Assembly: GCA_030141605.1 (NCBI GenBank)
Contig: JAQGDQ010000262.1
Location: 1 to 64,000 of the forward strand
Reading direction: 5' to 3'
Length of the DNA stretch: 64,000 nt
From: Tubiluchus corallicola
Taxonomy: Eukaryota; Animalia; Priapulida
Positions 1 to 35,600 of this stretch are shown piece after piece (the first letter of the stretch is position 1; every line of letters starts with the position of its first letter). Made by a program: the position numbers and the translations under genes. Below the pieces are notes generated by a model that searched no databases, was not told where the DNA came from, and saw only the letters and a program-made list of their open reading frames with translations.

Positions 1-2806
1 CTAATTAAGCTATGAGAAGTAAGATAAAGGTGAATGTGAACATTAATTAAGCTATGAGAAGTAAGATAAAGGTGAATGTGAACATTAATTAAGCTGTGAG
101 AAGTAAGATAAAGGTGAATGTGAACATTAATTAAGCTGTGAGAAGTAAGATAAAGGTGAATGTGAACATTAATTAAGCTGTGAGAAGTAAGATAAAGGTG
201 AATGTGAACATTAATTAAGCTACGAGAAGTAAGATAAAGGTGAATGTGAACATTAATTAAGCTACGAGAAGTAAGATAAAGGTGAATGTGAACATTAATT
301 AAGCTATGAGAAGTAAGATAAAGGTGAATGTGAACATTAATTAAGCTACGAGAACTAAGATAAAGGTGAATGTGAACATTAATTAATCTACGAGAACTAA
401 GATAAAGGTGAATGTGAACATTAATTAAGCTGTGAGAAGTAAGATAAAGGTGAATGTGAACATTAATTAAGCTGTGAGAAGTAAGATAAAGGTGAATGTG
501 AACATTAATTAAGCTGTGAGAAGTAAGATAAAGGTGAATGTGAACATTAATTAAGCTGTGAGAAGTAAGATAAAGGTGAATGTGAACATTAATTAAGCTG
601 TGAGAAGTAAGATAAAGGTGAATGTGAACATTAATTAAGCTGTGAGAAGTAAGATAAAGGTGAATGTGAACATTAATTAAGCTGTGAGAAGTAAGATAAA
701 GGTGAATGTGAACACTAATTAAGCTGTGAGAAGTAAGATAAAGGTGAATGTGAACATTAATTAAGCTGTGAGAAGTAAGATAAAGGTGAATGTGAACATT
801 AATTAAGCTGTGAGAAGTAAGATAAAGGAGAATGTGAACATTAATTAAGCTATGAGAAGTAAGATAAAGGTGAATGTGAACATTAATTAAGCTGTGAGAA
901 GTAAGATAAAGGTGAATGTGAACATTAATTAAGCTGTGAGAAGTAAGATAAAGGTGAATGTGAACACTAATTAAGCTACGAGAAGTAAGATAAAGGTGAA
1001 TGTAAACACCAATTAAGCTGTGAGAAGTAAGATAAAGGTGAATGTGAACATTAATTAAGCTGTGAGAAGTAAGATAAAGGTGAATGTGAACACTAATTAA
1101 GCTATGAGAAGTAAGATAAAGGTGAATGTAAACACTAATTAAGCTATGAGAAGTAAGATAAAGGTGAATGTGAACACTAATTAAGCTATGAAAAGTAAGA
1201 TAAAGGTGAATGTGAACATTAATTAAGCTGTGAGAAGTAAGATAAAGGTGAATGTGAACATTAATTAAGCTGTGAGAAGTAAGATAAAGGTGAATGTGAA
1301 CATTAATTAAGCTATGAGAAGTAAGATAAAGGTGAATGTGAACATTAATTAAGCTACGAGAAGTAAGATAAAGGTGAATGTGAACACTAATTAAGCTATG
1401 AGAAGTAAGATAAAGGTGAATGTGAACACTAATTAAGCTATGAGAAGTAAGATAAAGGTGAATGTGAACACTAATTAAGCTATGAGAAGTAAGATAAAGG
1501 TGAATGTAAACACTAATTAAGCTATGAGAAGTAAGATAAAGGTGAATGTAAACACTAATTAAGCTACGAGAAGTAAGATAAAGGTGAATGTAAACACTAA
1601 TTAAGCTATGAGAAGTGAGATAAAGGTGAATGTGAACATTAATTAAGCTATGAGAAGTAAGATAAAGGTGAATGTGAACACTAATTAAGCTATGAGAAGT
1701 AAGATAAAGGTGAATGTGAACACTAATTAAGCTATGAGAAGTAAGATAAAGGTGAATGTGAACACTAATTAAGCTATGAGAAGTAAGATAAAGGTGAATG
1801 TGAACACTAATTAAGCTAGGAGAAGTAAGATAAAAGTGAATGTAAACACTAATTAAGCTATGAGAAGTAAGATAAAGGTGAATGTGAACACTAAATTAAG
1901 CTACGAGAAGTAAGATAAAGGTGAATGTAAACATCAATTAAGCTATGAAAAGTAAGATAAAGGTGAATGTGAACATTAATTAAGCTACGAGAAGTAAGAT
2001 AAAGGTGAATGTGAACACTAATTAAGCTATGAGAAGTGAGATAAAGGAGAATGTGAACATTAATTAGGCTGTGAGAAGTGAGATAAAGGAGAATGTGAAC
2101 ATTAATTAGGCTGTGAGAAGTAAGATAAAGGTGAATGTAAACATTAATTAAGCTATGAGAAGTAAGATAAAGGTGAATGTGAACACTAATTAAGCTATGA
2201 GAAGTAAGATAAAGGTGAATGTGAACATAATTAAGCTACGAGAAGTAAGATAAAGGTGAATGTGAACACTAATTAAGCTATGAGAAGTAAGATAAAGGTG
2301 AATGTGAACATTAATTAAGCTATGAGAAGTAAGATAAAGGTGAATGTGAACACTAATTAAGCTACGAGAAGTAAGATAAAGGTGAATGTGAACACTAATT
2401 AAGCTATGAGAAGTAAGATAAAGGTGAATGTGAACATTAATTAAGCTATGAGAAGTAAGATAAAGGTGAATGTGAACATTAATTAAGCTGTGAGAAGTAA
2501 GATAAAGGTGAATGTGAACATTAATTAAGCTGTGAGAAGTAAGATAAAGGTGAATGTGAACACTAATTAAGCTATGAGAAGTAAGATAAAGGTGAATGTG
2601 AACATTAATTAAGCTACGAGAAGTAAGATAAAGGTGAATGTGAACATTAATTAAGCTGTGAGAAGTAAGATAAAGGTGAATGTGAACACTAATTAAGCTA
2701 TGAGAAGTAAGATAAAGGTGAATGTGAACACTAATTAAGCTACGAGAAGTAAGATAAAGGTGAATGTGAACATTAATTAAGCTGTGAGAAGTGAGATAAA
2801 GGTGAA
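1..2806. repeat. 42-bp tandem minisatellite, about 66 copies in the window, inside a CHD intron
   Basis: Unit TTAATTAAGCT(G/A)TGAGAAGTAAGATAAAGGTGAATGTGAACA, head-to-tail, highly homogeneous, no spacers. Confidence 0.98.
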
Positions 2807-2843
2807 CTGTTGAACCAATTATACAATGCAAACAGATACATAC

Positions 2844-25093
<22,250 letters not shown>

Positions 25094-25128
25094 TATTTCT
25101 ATGGAAATCTTGTGCTGTGAGACTCCGC

Positions 25129-25156
25129 TTACAAACTCATAATACCATTATGCCAT
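25129..25156 (-). promoter_or_regulatory. Three chained mini-uORFs in the CHD 5' UTR
   Basis: ATG GCA TAA / ATG GTA TTA TGA / ATG AGT TTG TAA, between the acceptor (exon starts 25176) and the ATG at 25093. Confidence 0.6.
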
Positions 25157-26649
25157 GTACGTTCACTAACTACAACCTAAAAAGAAAAATAAACTTGTAC
25201 AGAATTAAACATTACAAACAAGAACTTTTTAATGTATAATCATGGGTACAAGTGCCTCCAAAAAATTGATCGCCACTAATTGCCAGGCTAAATAAAACCC
25301 GAAAACATGCTTTCTTAAATTTGAATAGCAATTTAGTGAAACTGCAACACTCAACGAACACACACGTGTAAACATGTAAATTTTCTACATCAGGGCATTT
25401 TCATCAATATTCGGCAATACTGACCAGACTGATAATTTTTAATTTTGATCAGTAGTTTAAGCAAAATGTTACGATAGATTTGAAATAACATTCGTGTGAA
25501 TGCGCAACTACCTAAGATTATTTATTATAAATTTGACGCTAAAATGATACCTAAAATGAAAATGTGCAACGCGCATTTCTTTATGGGGAAGTTATATTAA
25601 TTAATTCCACACGAGGACACTCCAAATCTCACAAAATTACTTTGTAAATACAGTACAATGAGCTACAAAGGTAATATGAGCTATCACTGACACAAAACGA
25701 AAGTTTCTGAAAGAAACAAAGCGAAAATTTCTGACAAACTTCATAACATCTGACAAGAAGCCATCAGCATTGAAATTAGGCCTGAGTACTGTCTGTTATA
25801 TATCTGCGGTACATCCAAATCGATACATTATTATGTCGATATAGCTTATATCTATGGAATTAATGATATTGTAATATTTATGTGAAAAGAAAAACAGAAC
25901 TGATGTGTAAAAGTTCAATGTGTAAGCTGTATGTATATACATAATGCACATGGTAACATTATTACCTTGCAATTATGCACTAAACTTTATCTATTGAAAG
26001 TGAAGTGAAAATCTATTGATCAGCATCAATAAAACAATTGAACGGTGCATTTATTTGGTAAGTTTTACTGAAGTCTCTGGCAAAATAGGTCACCAGCAGT
26101 TCGAGTGCAATCACGAGTTTCAGCAAATGCTGCAAATCAAAATGCTTTAATAGCTAGCACAGGGAAATCATACTGCAGAATATTAAATTGAATTCGACAT
26201 AATATCCTTTTATGGAAAATAATGTACCATTACAAAATTCAAATTAAACTCAGTAGGGCGTTAGGGCAAGTACTGGTAGTGTTTATAAATAAAACTGCTA
26301 GATTCAGCACAGCAGCTTAGTTAGCAATAATACTACAAAACTGGTTACTATGCAAAGCAAGTCAAGTCAAGTACCTAGTGATGCTGACAAGATTTGTATT
26401 TGAATTCAAATAATGTTGATTAAAAAAACTTTAAACTAACATCACAGAAATGTTACAATGGCCGAAGAAAATTTTTTTGTACAAATTATAACCTCTCAAA
26501 ATAAAAAGACAGTTTAAAAATAATCGAAGGTCGAGTTGTTCATTAAGCAAATTTATTATTGCAAAGTCCGAAATCAAGGGGCTTGTCGAAATTTGTCGTC
26601 ATATAAATGCATCTGTAAGGAAAATTTAAGGCTCCAAATTAAGTATTAA

Positions 26650-27020
26650 AAAATTCTTTTGTTAAAGTGCCCAACGCTCAGCCCAACTTCTCCAACATTC
26701 TTCTCCAAATGCTTTCTTCTCCAACGTAAGGACAAGAAACAAAAGCGCATATATGTGTGCTTGCAAACCAAAACAGAAGAAAATTCAAATTCGCAAGGCG
26801 AGTAATTAATGAGTGGAACAAGCTGCCTGACCATGTAATACAAGCACCCAATCCTGCCCAGTTTAAGTCTCGTCTCGATAGATTTTGGAAAAATAATGCT
26901 GAAAAATATATAGACCACAGGTTACCACAATGGCAACAAGAAACCCTATGCTCCGCTTCGTGATCGCAGTGTCGCCACCCATTATGTATTTTTAATAGTG
27001 ATAAAGTAAACAAGGAAGAA
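26650..27020 (+). mobile_element. CR1-clade LINE, 3' fragment
   Basis: RRKFKFARRVINEWNKLPDHVIQAPNPAQFKSRLDRFW matches the CR1 ORF2 C-terminal motif. Confidence 0.8.
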
Positions 27021-27073
27021 TGGAGAGATTTATAAGCAAGTATGCTTAACCTCTATCCTTCGACGGTAACGGT

Positions 27074-27700
27074 AAAATCGTCCATTAGTCGGCATAATTA
27101 AAGCTACGTCATGGTGCTTCAAAGTAGAATGCACCAAAAATTTGGTCAAATGCCAGTTTTTTGTTTTTTATACAAGACTAAATAGAATGGATTTTTGTTT
27201 TCTAGCATCAAATTATCAAGAAAATGTTCAAAAAATATCAAAAATCTAATTTAACAACCACATACCCACTTTTCTGGCTAGAAACTAGTAATGCAATTAT
27301 AAAACCGTACATTCAAACTCTAATAGTAGCTCATGGAAGCAATCAGTTTGCTTCGGTTTCTTTCTGTTACCAAGCCCAGATTTTCATCGGGAAGTGGAAT
27401 CTACTGAATTTAAGCATAACTTCAATGTGTTCTTGCAAAGTCTGCAGCATTTGTGTAGTTGCTGTTTTGCAGAAATGCGACAAAAAACAATGGCTAACTT
27501 TAATAACGATTTTCTCAAGTTTGCGCTTTTCATTGCATATTGTGCACCTCAGCCTCAACGAGCATTATCCCAGGCCATAAATAACATAAAGCGATGAGCT
27601 TGGTATCGAAATGATCCTCATGAAATGGAGATTCAGGATTTGTGAATCACTAGAAAAGCTTAATTGCCGACTTATGGGCGATTTTGCTATGCAAGCTCAC
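27074..27700. mobile_element. Non-autonomous TIR element, Sola-like (copy A, left end truncated)
   Basis: Homologous (inverted) to 35698-36324 and 62526-63160; right TIR TGCCGACTTATGGGCGATTTTGCTATGCAAGCTCAC. Confidence 0.75.
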
Positions 27701-27912
27701 TTTATAGTAATTCAAACAGTAATAAAAAATAATAAATAGGCAGCTTTTACACTCACTATCCTAATCTTTTTGAACATTAACCCACTTCTTTGCCAAAGCC
27801 ATCTCTTTATTACTATCAACACAATATCTATTTGGTTCAATGTTTTACATGCAGTGCAACAACAGGTAAATGAAGCATTCAATTCAATGCAGCAGAAACA
27901 ACAGCTAAGAAC

Positions 27913-28698
27913 GGCGCTATTACACTTTCGCACCTCCTAGTTTTCTCTAGGTTATTACTCGTTTCTAGGCTCGTTGGTGATTATTCTATTATTCTCACGT
28001 CATCAGTGAATGTTTCCACTAATCTTGTGGTAATTTACTCATATATTTAGTGTATAATTACCAATAATTATATTGTATTCACAGTTCTACACTATACAGT
28101 TCGTATCGCCATCATGTTTGTGTGTGTAGTCACGTGACAAATTTCGTACTAGTTTATGCATTATCAGGGCTTAGCTTAAAAGGCACGTGACACACTTTTA
28201 TCTTAACCGCATTTACGAAATAAAGAAAAAACCTTTACTTTTATAACTAATAATATTACAGTAATAAATAAATAACTGTAGTCGTCTAAAAAATTTCCTC
28301 GTATATGCCAGCTTGGGTCTGACTATACAGTGAAGAAGAAACAAAATATTTTTGAAGTAGCGAGGGAACACTGTAATACGATACAAACTCCCGTGGCTGC
28401 AACCATAATAATCATAAATTATGCAAAAAAACTAAAAATACAGGTTAAGGGCCACATACGTCATTGCGCGAGAGCGATTGCACATAAGTGGTGTAAACAC
28501 AGTTATTCACGTGGAGCCTCTTGCATGTTGGTGACGACGGTAAGTAATATATGGAATTTGCAATTTTAAGGCCTATAAACCAATAATATTATGGGAATAT
28601 GGTGTATATTATGCCAGTTGGTCTGCTTTCTGGCCTGCAGGCGTGAAAACAAACAATAGGCCAGAAAAAACTAGGAGGTGCGAAAGTGTAATAGCGCC
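27913..28698. mobile_element. Mutator-like MITE
   Basis: 32-bp perfect TIR GGCGCTATTACACTTTCGCACCTCCTAGTTTT; 9-bp TSD GCTAAGAAC/GCCAAGAAC. Confidence 0.8.
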
Positions 28699-29199
28699 GC
28701 CAAGAACCCCATTACTGTATTTAAAAAGTCATTTGAAATTACAAAACACTACCAACTGTCAATAACAATTAATACTAATAATAAAGTTAATATACCCAAA
28801 TACAACTGATGCAACAAAAAGCAGCAGCAAAAGTATAAGACCAAAGACCAAACTATTGGTTTACACATTCTGATGATTCAACTCTCCCTCCTCCACCTCA
28901 TGCCCCAAGCGCCCCTAGAACATTAGGCTGAAAATGCACAAGAATGCAAAAAACTGAAAACCATGAACATTTTTCATGAAAACCACAAACCCAGTGATTA
29001 TTTTTGTTTAAATTTTTGTTAACACACCCAAAATTGTTCAAGTTTCTTGTAAAACGGATTTGTGTACGAAGCAAATACCGTTCGCAACTGTAATTTTAAA
29101 TAAAAACAGTTACTAAATTTAACAAGAAAAGCTAAATAGTTATAGAAAAGTGAAATATAATAAATGTATAATTAAAATGTGTATGCGGGTTTTTTGATT

Positions 29200-29695
29200 T
29201 TGAAAGAAAAATGGCTGACAAACTCACAAAGATGAACAATGGATTCTTTCAACTTCAAAGTCAAATTATGCATAAAAATTTACATACAAACACCATAAGT
29301 ACTAATGAAATGTCAAACGTCTGCTCACTAATATTCTCAAATTGGCCGATGCACAACTTATACAAACGGGAATAAAACAACGCACGTAAAAACAGAATTC
29401 AGTAATGGATAAATAACACAACAAAATGTTAGTGATCACAGCATCGGTGCCAACTTTGTATGTGCTTGTCGGAAAATACGAAGCGAAGCACGCCACATTA
29501 AATAAAGTGTGAATTTTGTATAAATTTGAATGAACAAACATAATCGGAAAAACCAACAATAAACAAAAAAAGTTTAGGTACTGGCAATTTCTCATTTATA
29601 TGTTGTTACTGTTTTTAGACTGTTTTACATTTTTCAATAAAGTATTTAATTCGCTTTTTATTAACCACAACGAACACCGGTAAAATGGCGGCGAA
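29200..29695. promoter_or_regulatory. Probable bidirectional promoter region of CHD and SAMHD1
   Basis: Head-to-head genes; YY1-type AAAATGGCGGC over the SAMHD1 ATG; minus-strand GTGAGT donor at 29227-29222 could end a non-coding CHD first exon. Confidence 0.45.
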
Positions 29696-32600
29696 TACGA
29701 AGCAATTGAAAACTCCGGCAAAACGTCTTTCATTTGATTCAGATGCTCTCCCACCGAACAAAACTCCAAGGACTGATTCATTTGATTTTAACAATAGTTT
29801 TGATGATCAGCAAAGTCTTGGCGACTTTAGGTGTTGGACAGTAGAAGACGTTACAAGATTTCTTACGTCGCATGGTTTCAGTCATGATGGGGATAAATCC
29901 AGTTCTGATGTTATCGACAAATTCCGTGGTATGATATAATTTGAGACTTGACTTTGGTTATTGTATCATCGTTAGCCTTGTGAGATTTTGAACAAATCTA
30001 CCTGAGCATAATAACAGCTACACTGTCTTAATGATCATAAACCATAATCCAGCAGTCAATGACTGTATGATAGGGAGAAAGTTAGGATGTCAGAAGGGGC
30101 GGAGAAACAGATTTGCCAAATAAGGTTTATGCAAAATGAGACTTGGGCAGCACACTATTGTGCACCAAATTAATCTATTGTGTTAAAAAATATTTTTAAC
30201 ACTGAATTAAATCTGTTAATATCCTATATGTACATTACATGTGTTATTATTTGCAGAGCACAAGATAACTGGATGGAATCTGCCATTGTTGACAGACGAT
30301 GAGCTCATGAAGATGGGAATTCTGTAAGTGTTCAAAGTGATAACTGTATTTAGAAACAGCACTTAACTGCAGTTAAAATTAAATTAATTGTATGTCACTT
30401 AATTTAAGCCTTAGTAGCAAAAATTGGCATTGTATTTTTTTAAACTAATGATCAACCCACAGTAACTGATAACTGATCAGTAATGTATTGATTTACTACT
30501 GACTATAATTTAATTAATTTTACATCATGAATGTTGTGACCATAAATATTATTCAGGACTGCAAAAACAATTTACGTATCAATACTTTCCTGACAAAGGA
30601 ATTCATGTCTAAAATTTAAAGTTATGAATATGTGATTTCCTAAGGTTTGCAAATAGCAAAATGTCTCAGCATTGAGTTTTGAATGGACACTCACTTTTCA
30701 AATGTTTATTACATTTGATGAAACTTACACTAAAAGGCAAACCTCGCTGTTTGTTACAAAATTTTTCAGTATTTACAATGGATCCAAAATGTAATGGATT
30801 ACCAGATCCGTAGAGAAGCAAAAGATACAGTAAATGTATAGTTGGGTATATTTCCACCAATGATTTACAGTGTCACATAATTATTGCAAGAGCGAAAATC
30901 TTCACAGCCAGCAAAAATGTTGGCTAGCTCGACTCACATCACTGACCAAATGGCCCGACTAAAGCTGAGTTTCTTATCGGTTAGGTCGAATGTTGAAACA
31001 GGTGGACCTTAGCTGAAACGGCGCGGCTCTGAGCTCTACATATAGACTGTGTTTAAGATCATAAAATAGAAAATATCTAACAAAATTCAGGCCATCAACT
31101 GATGATGAAATGTTGTCATTTCAAAACATTTGAATTACTTTAATGAAAATTTAACTTGTGCAAAGTTCTAGCACTCACTCTGATCTTAAATTCTTACTAT
31201 GTGTTTGCAATGACTCGCATTTTTCGTGTTTTTTCTTGCAGTGCTGCAGGGGATCGTTTTAAAATTCTGCAGGAACTTCGTGTTTTATTTGAACTTGAAG
31301 ACAACGGGAAAGTACGTACTCTGAAATTCGTACTCTATCAATAGCGTTTTCATTGCTATCTGATTAACTGTTGAGTCAGGGTATATTGCTAATCTTAACA
31401 GTATGCAGCCTGGTTTTGCTTGCAAAATGAAATTTCACGGGGAAATGTTTCTTCAATAAAAATCTTCTTAATCGCAGATTTAATTACCTGGAAAGTTGCC
31501 ATTGCAGTTTGTATTCTGCCAGGATATTCATGCATTTTTGGTAAATAATTGGGAGGGGAGACAGCTATTGATATTTAGTACCACATGTGAGTTGTGAACT
31601 ATTGCCTAATTTTTGTGTGCAGTGTCAACTAGCCTTTATAATTAAATTGCATAGAACAAATTACAGAAACAAATAAATACCAACATTTGTCATCCTAAAG
31701 AAATCAAATGCCATATTTGCAGTCTTCTGCATCAATTTTATATCAAGTTGATATTTTCACTATTTATTGTTAATCAAAGTACACTTCTGTTGATGTTTAT
31801 GTAAAGCCAATGAGCAAGACTTGTTAAAGTTGTAAAAATTGTTTGTCTTTATATACAGACTGTAACTAAATAAAATTATATATATACATTTGTAGGTATT
31901 TAACGATCCTATTCATGGGCATTTTGATCTGCCCGAACTCTGTGTGAAGATAATCGACACGCCACAGTTTCAGCGTCTTCGCTTTCTCAAACAATTGGGT
32001 GCTTGTTACTATGTCTACCCTGGAGCAGCACATAACCGCTTTGAGCATAGCCTTGGGTTTGTTTGTATCATGTTTCGTAGTTAATATTACTTGTGGGACA
32101 ACGGATTTGTACTCGATTTTAAAATCGGAGAAGTAGCCGCTTCAATAATCTTTTTTATAAATATGCTGTTTTGCAGTAAAGCAGGCACATGAGCAAACCA
32201 TGCTCATGCTTACGAGAAATCTTCTTCTCGAAGCAGTACAAAGTCTCTCGCACACAAAGTTACTCTGCACATTGAGAGCCACATTGTTGATCTTAGTGCA
32301 ATTTTTGTGGATTTTCCGAAAAATAATTTGAAAGTGGTATGAATAATACAATTCATTGGCTTTGACAGCTGAAATATAATCAATGATCAGAAATAATCCG
32401 CAAATCGATGGTCCCACCTCGACTTAATATAATGTTAAGATGTAATTTTAATTAATGTAATTAACATAATATAAGATTAATGTGATGTATTTAGGTTTAC
32501 TGACTTGCAAATGATTAAACTTTGTAAATGTATTTTTGTGCAACTCTTCCATGAATTGCTTTTTTCTCAACAGTTAGTAACTTTGAAGCAACATAATCCG

Positions 32601-35600
32601 TGTTCTAGATTTTTGCTGGTTTGATATTTTTGGGCATAAATCTTTACTTTAGATTTGAGAAGGTTCTCATATTTTAAACAGGGGCATTTCATATCGGTGA
32701 TTTGCTAAATCGGTTAACAAGTTTTAATATGATTTACAGTGCTTGCCATCTGGCTGGTGAGCTAGTGAGAACTCTGCAGCGTCGCCAACCTGAATTAAAA
32801 ATCACTGAAGCAGATGTTCTCTGTGTTAGAATAGCCGGCCTATGTCACGATCTAGGTATACCGAGTTATTGTGCTTTGCGACTCGTGGCTAAGTAATAAA
32901 GTAGGGGAGTAAGCTTTTATCAGTTTTGTTTCTGAATTTGGGATTTGGTTTTCCCCTTTTTTTCTGTTTGTTATTGTATAAAGTGATGTGAATTTTATTA
33001 TGAGGTTATAACTGTGACTTCTAGTTTTTATCAACAGCAGCAGTGCTGTGCCGATTAATCAATTTTATCGGAAGTCAGTTGCCCATGATGTTCGACTAAG
33101 TGATGTATCACAAGTCAACATGATCAACAATTACTAAATACAATATGTGTGAATTTTTGCTTTGTCTGCCATTAAATTATTAAAGGACAAGTTTATTATG
33201 TCTTAAAAGGATTTATTATGTCTTAATTATTGCGAACGACAATTAAAACAATTTTTTGTTATTATTAACATCATTTTATTTCAAATATACTTTTAATAAA
33301 TAATTCATAAAAAAGTGTTAGCAGTCAAGATTATTTACACGTTTAGTAATAAAACAACATAAAGATTGTAAAATTGATTAATGGGTTTAGTAAAATATAT
33401 GAGCAGTACAATTTCTCGCAAATTAAATTAAGTTCTAAATGACCTTAAGTTCCATTTGAGTTCTAAACAATATATAATTTCGTGTTCTTAACCCAGTGTG
33501 TTCCTGTGTTTAGTAACTTATCTAATAATGATCCATTGACATATTGTATGCAGGCACAGCATATAACATTTTAATGTTCTTTAGCAAAATTTAGTCTCAC
33601 ATGTATGTGATACAGCATGAGATCAGCGTGTAACTATGTTTACAACTTTGATCGGCCGTGTTGGCCATATATCAAAATGAACATCTATAATAGGTAAATC
33701 AACTGTCAAAAGCTCAATCTTCTAATTGTGTACCAACTCAATCCTATCATCTGTTACAGTTGATTATTGGTCAACCATCAATTGTTCTTGAAGTTCGATT
33801 ACTGACCATAAAAATGAAACCGATTCCTAACATTTTCTAATGAGAAATGACACCATTTTCTAGTAATGCGTTACAAATGCGCTTTATTTAACTAATTTTT
33901 TTGATTTGCTATAGAGACATTACTGCCCCAAATTTTAAAATGTATGTATAAAAACAAGTTTTCCGTGTCGATGTTTGATTTAGTGCAATATTGCACAATT
34001 TTCCATTTTAGGACATGGACCTTTCTCCCACATTTTTGATGGCAAATTTATACCAAAGGTTAGACCAGATGCAAAATGGAGTGTAAGTGTGTACTGCTGA
34101 TTTGATGTCTTTTATGTCATTTGGCTTAATATTATCTCAAAATATGTAAGTTGTAACTAGAAGTCATATGTAAAATAATATAAAACTTCTTATAACTAGT
34201 TATAACTTATTGTGTAACTAGTTCTAACTAAAGTGTATAACTTCATACAGTTAGTTATGGAATGATCAGATGAGCATAAGTGCTGCAGTGTGTACATGTG
34301 AAACCCCATATATAAGCTAAAAGCGAATCTTCATTATTCTACACTGATCAGTCTCCAGAGGTAATGAAATTAATTCTGTGACACTGTGTACTAAATTACG
34401 CTCGTTCATTATACACACTAGTATTCTAACATTCCACTACATGCGTTCCAGACTACGGTTGTACTTTCCATGTCAACAAGACAGCAAAAATATACAAGTT
34501 TTGAAGAGCGATGTGAATTTACAAGTCTATATGCAAAAATACAGAAAATCGATAATGTTTTACAACATTAGTATTAAAGAATATGACCTCATTTGATTTA
34601 ACATACATTGGACAATATTAAAAATTGTTTCTTGTTTCAGCATGAAAATGCGTCTGTGCACATGTTTGACTATCTTGTTGAAGACAATGACTTGGTAAAA
34701 GAATTTGAACTTTACGGATTATACGAGCAGGATAGACTGTTCATAAAAGAGCAAATAGCAGGTCCTATGTCCAAAGACAGCCGGGCAAGTATCTGAATAC
34801 ATTGCTTATGCATTTGCTATCTGATCTTAGCGTGTGTTTTTTCTGTGTATGTTATGCTGCATTGTTTTTCAAATTTACTGCATAGTAATTTCTTCATTAG
34901 GAATTCTTTTTTTATTTTTGTGTTATGCTGCATTGTTTTTCAAATTTACTGAATGGCAATTTCTTCATTAGGTATTCTTTTTTATTTTTGTGTTATGCTG
35001 CATTGTTTTTCAAATTTACTGAATGGCAATTTCTTCATTCGAAATTCCTTTTTAATGTTTAGGGTTATAATGAATGATAATTAAATCTGCAGTTTAAATT
35101 CATTCTGCTAATATGCTATTCATTTTTTTAGGAATGGCCATACAAAGGAAGAGACAAGTCAAAGGGCTTTCTTTATGAAGTAAGAAAAATGAGATTTATT
35201 TTTACTCTGTATTGTTTCAGAGTTTTATCTGTTGGTGTCTTGATAATATGCACTTTCTCTAAACAGTGTACGCTTTTTCAGCAGTTGCTAGGTAATAGTA
35301 AAATGCAAAAACTATAATATAAATATCTTCATATCTCGGTTTACCGGACGAAAGCAGGGAGACATCGGTCGGAATTTGCCGATTGCCCGTATTTACCAAT
35401 ACTAAGCTAATACAGTAGGTGATGTGCATTGCACTTACGGTAATGTAGAATCAATCGCCTAATTGTGTCAAAAACGTCTAGTACAGGCCGCTTTCTATTT
35501 TTATATATAGAGATGTACATGTGGTTACGCTGATGTAGTAATGTAAATAAAGTGACGGTTTGCCAACTAGTGGTCAACTTTCAAAACAACAAACTGTGTC

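Noticed and set aside
1-2806. CRISPR-like array
   Set aside because: Units are head-to-tail with no unique spacers, there are no cas genes, and the context is a eukaryotic intron.
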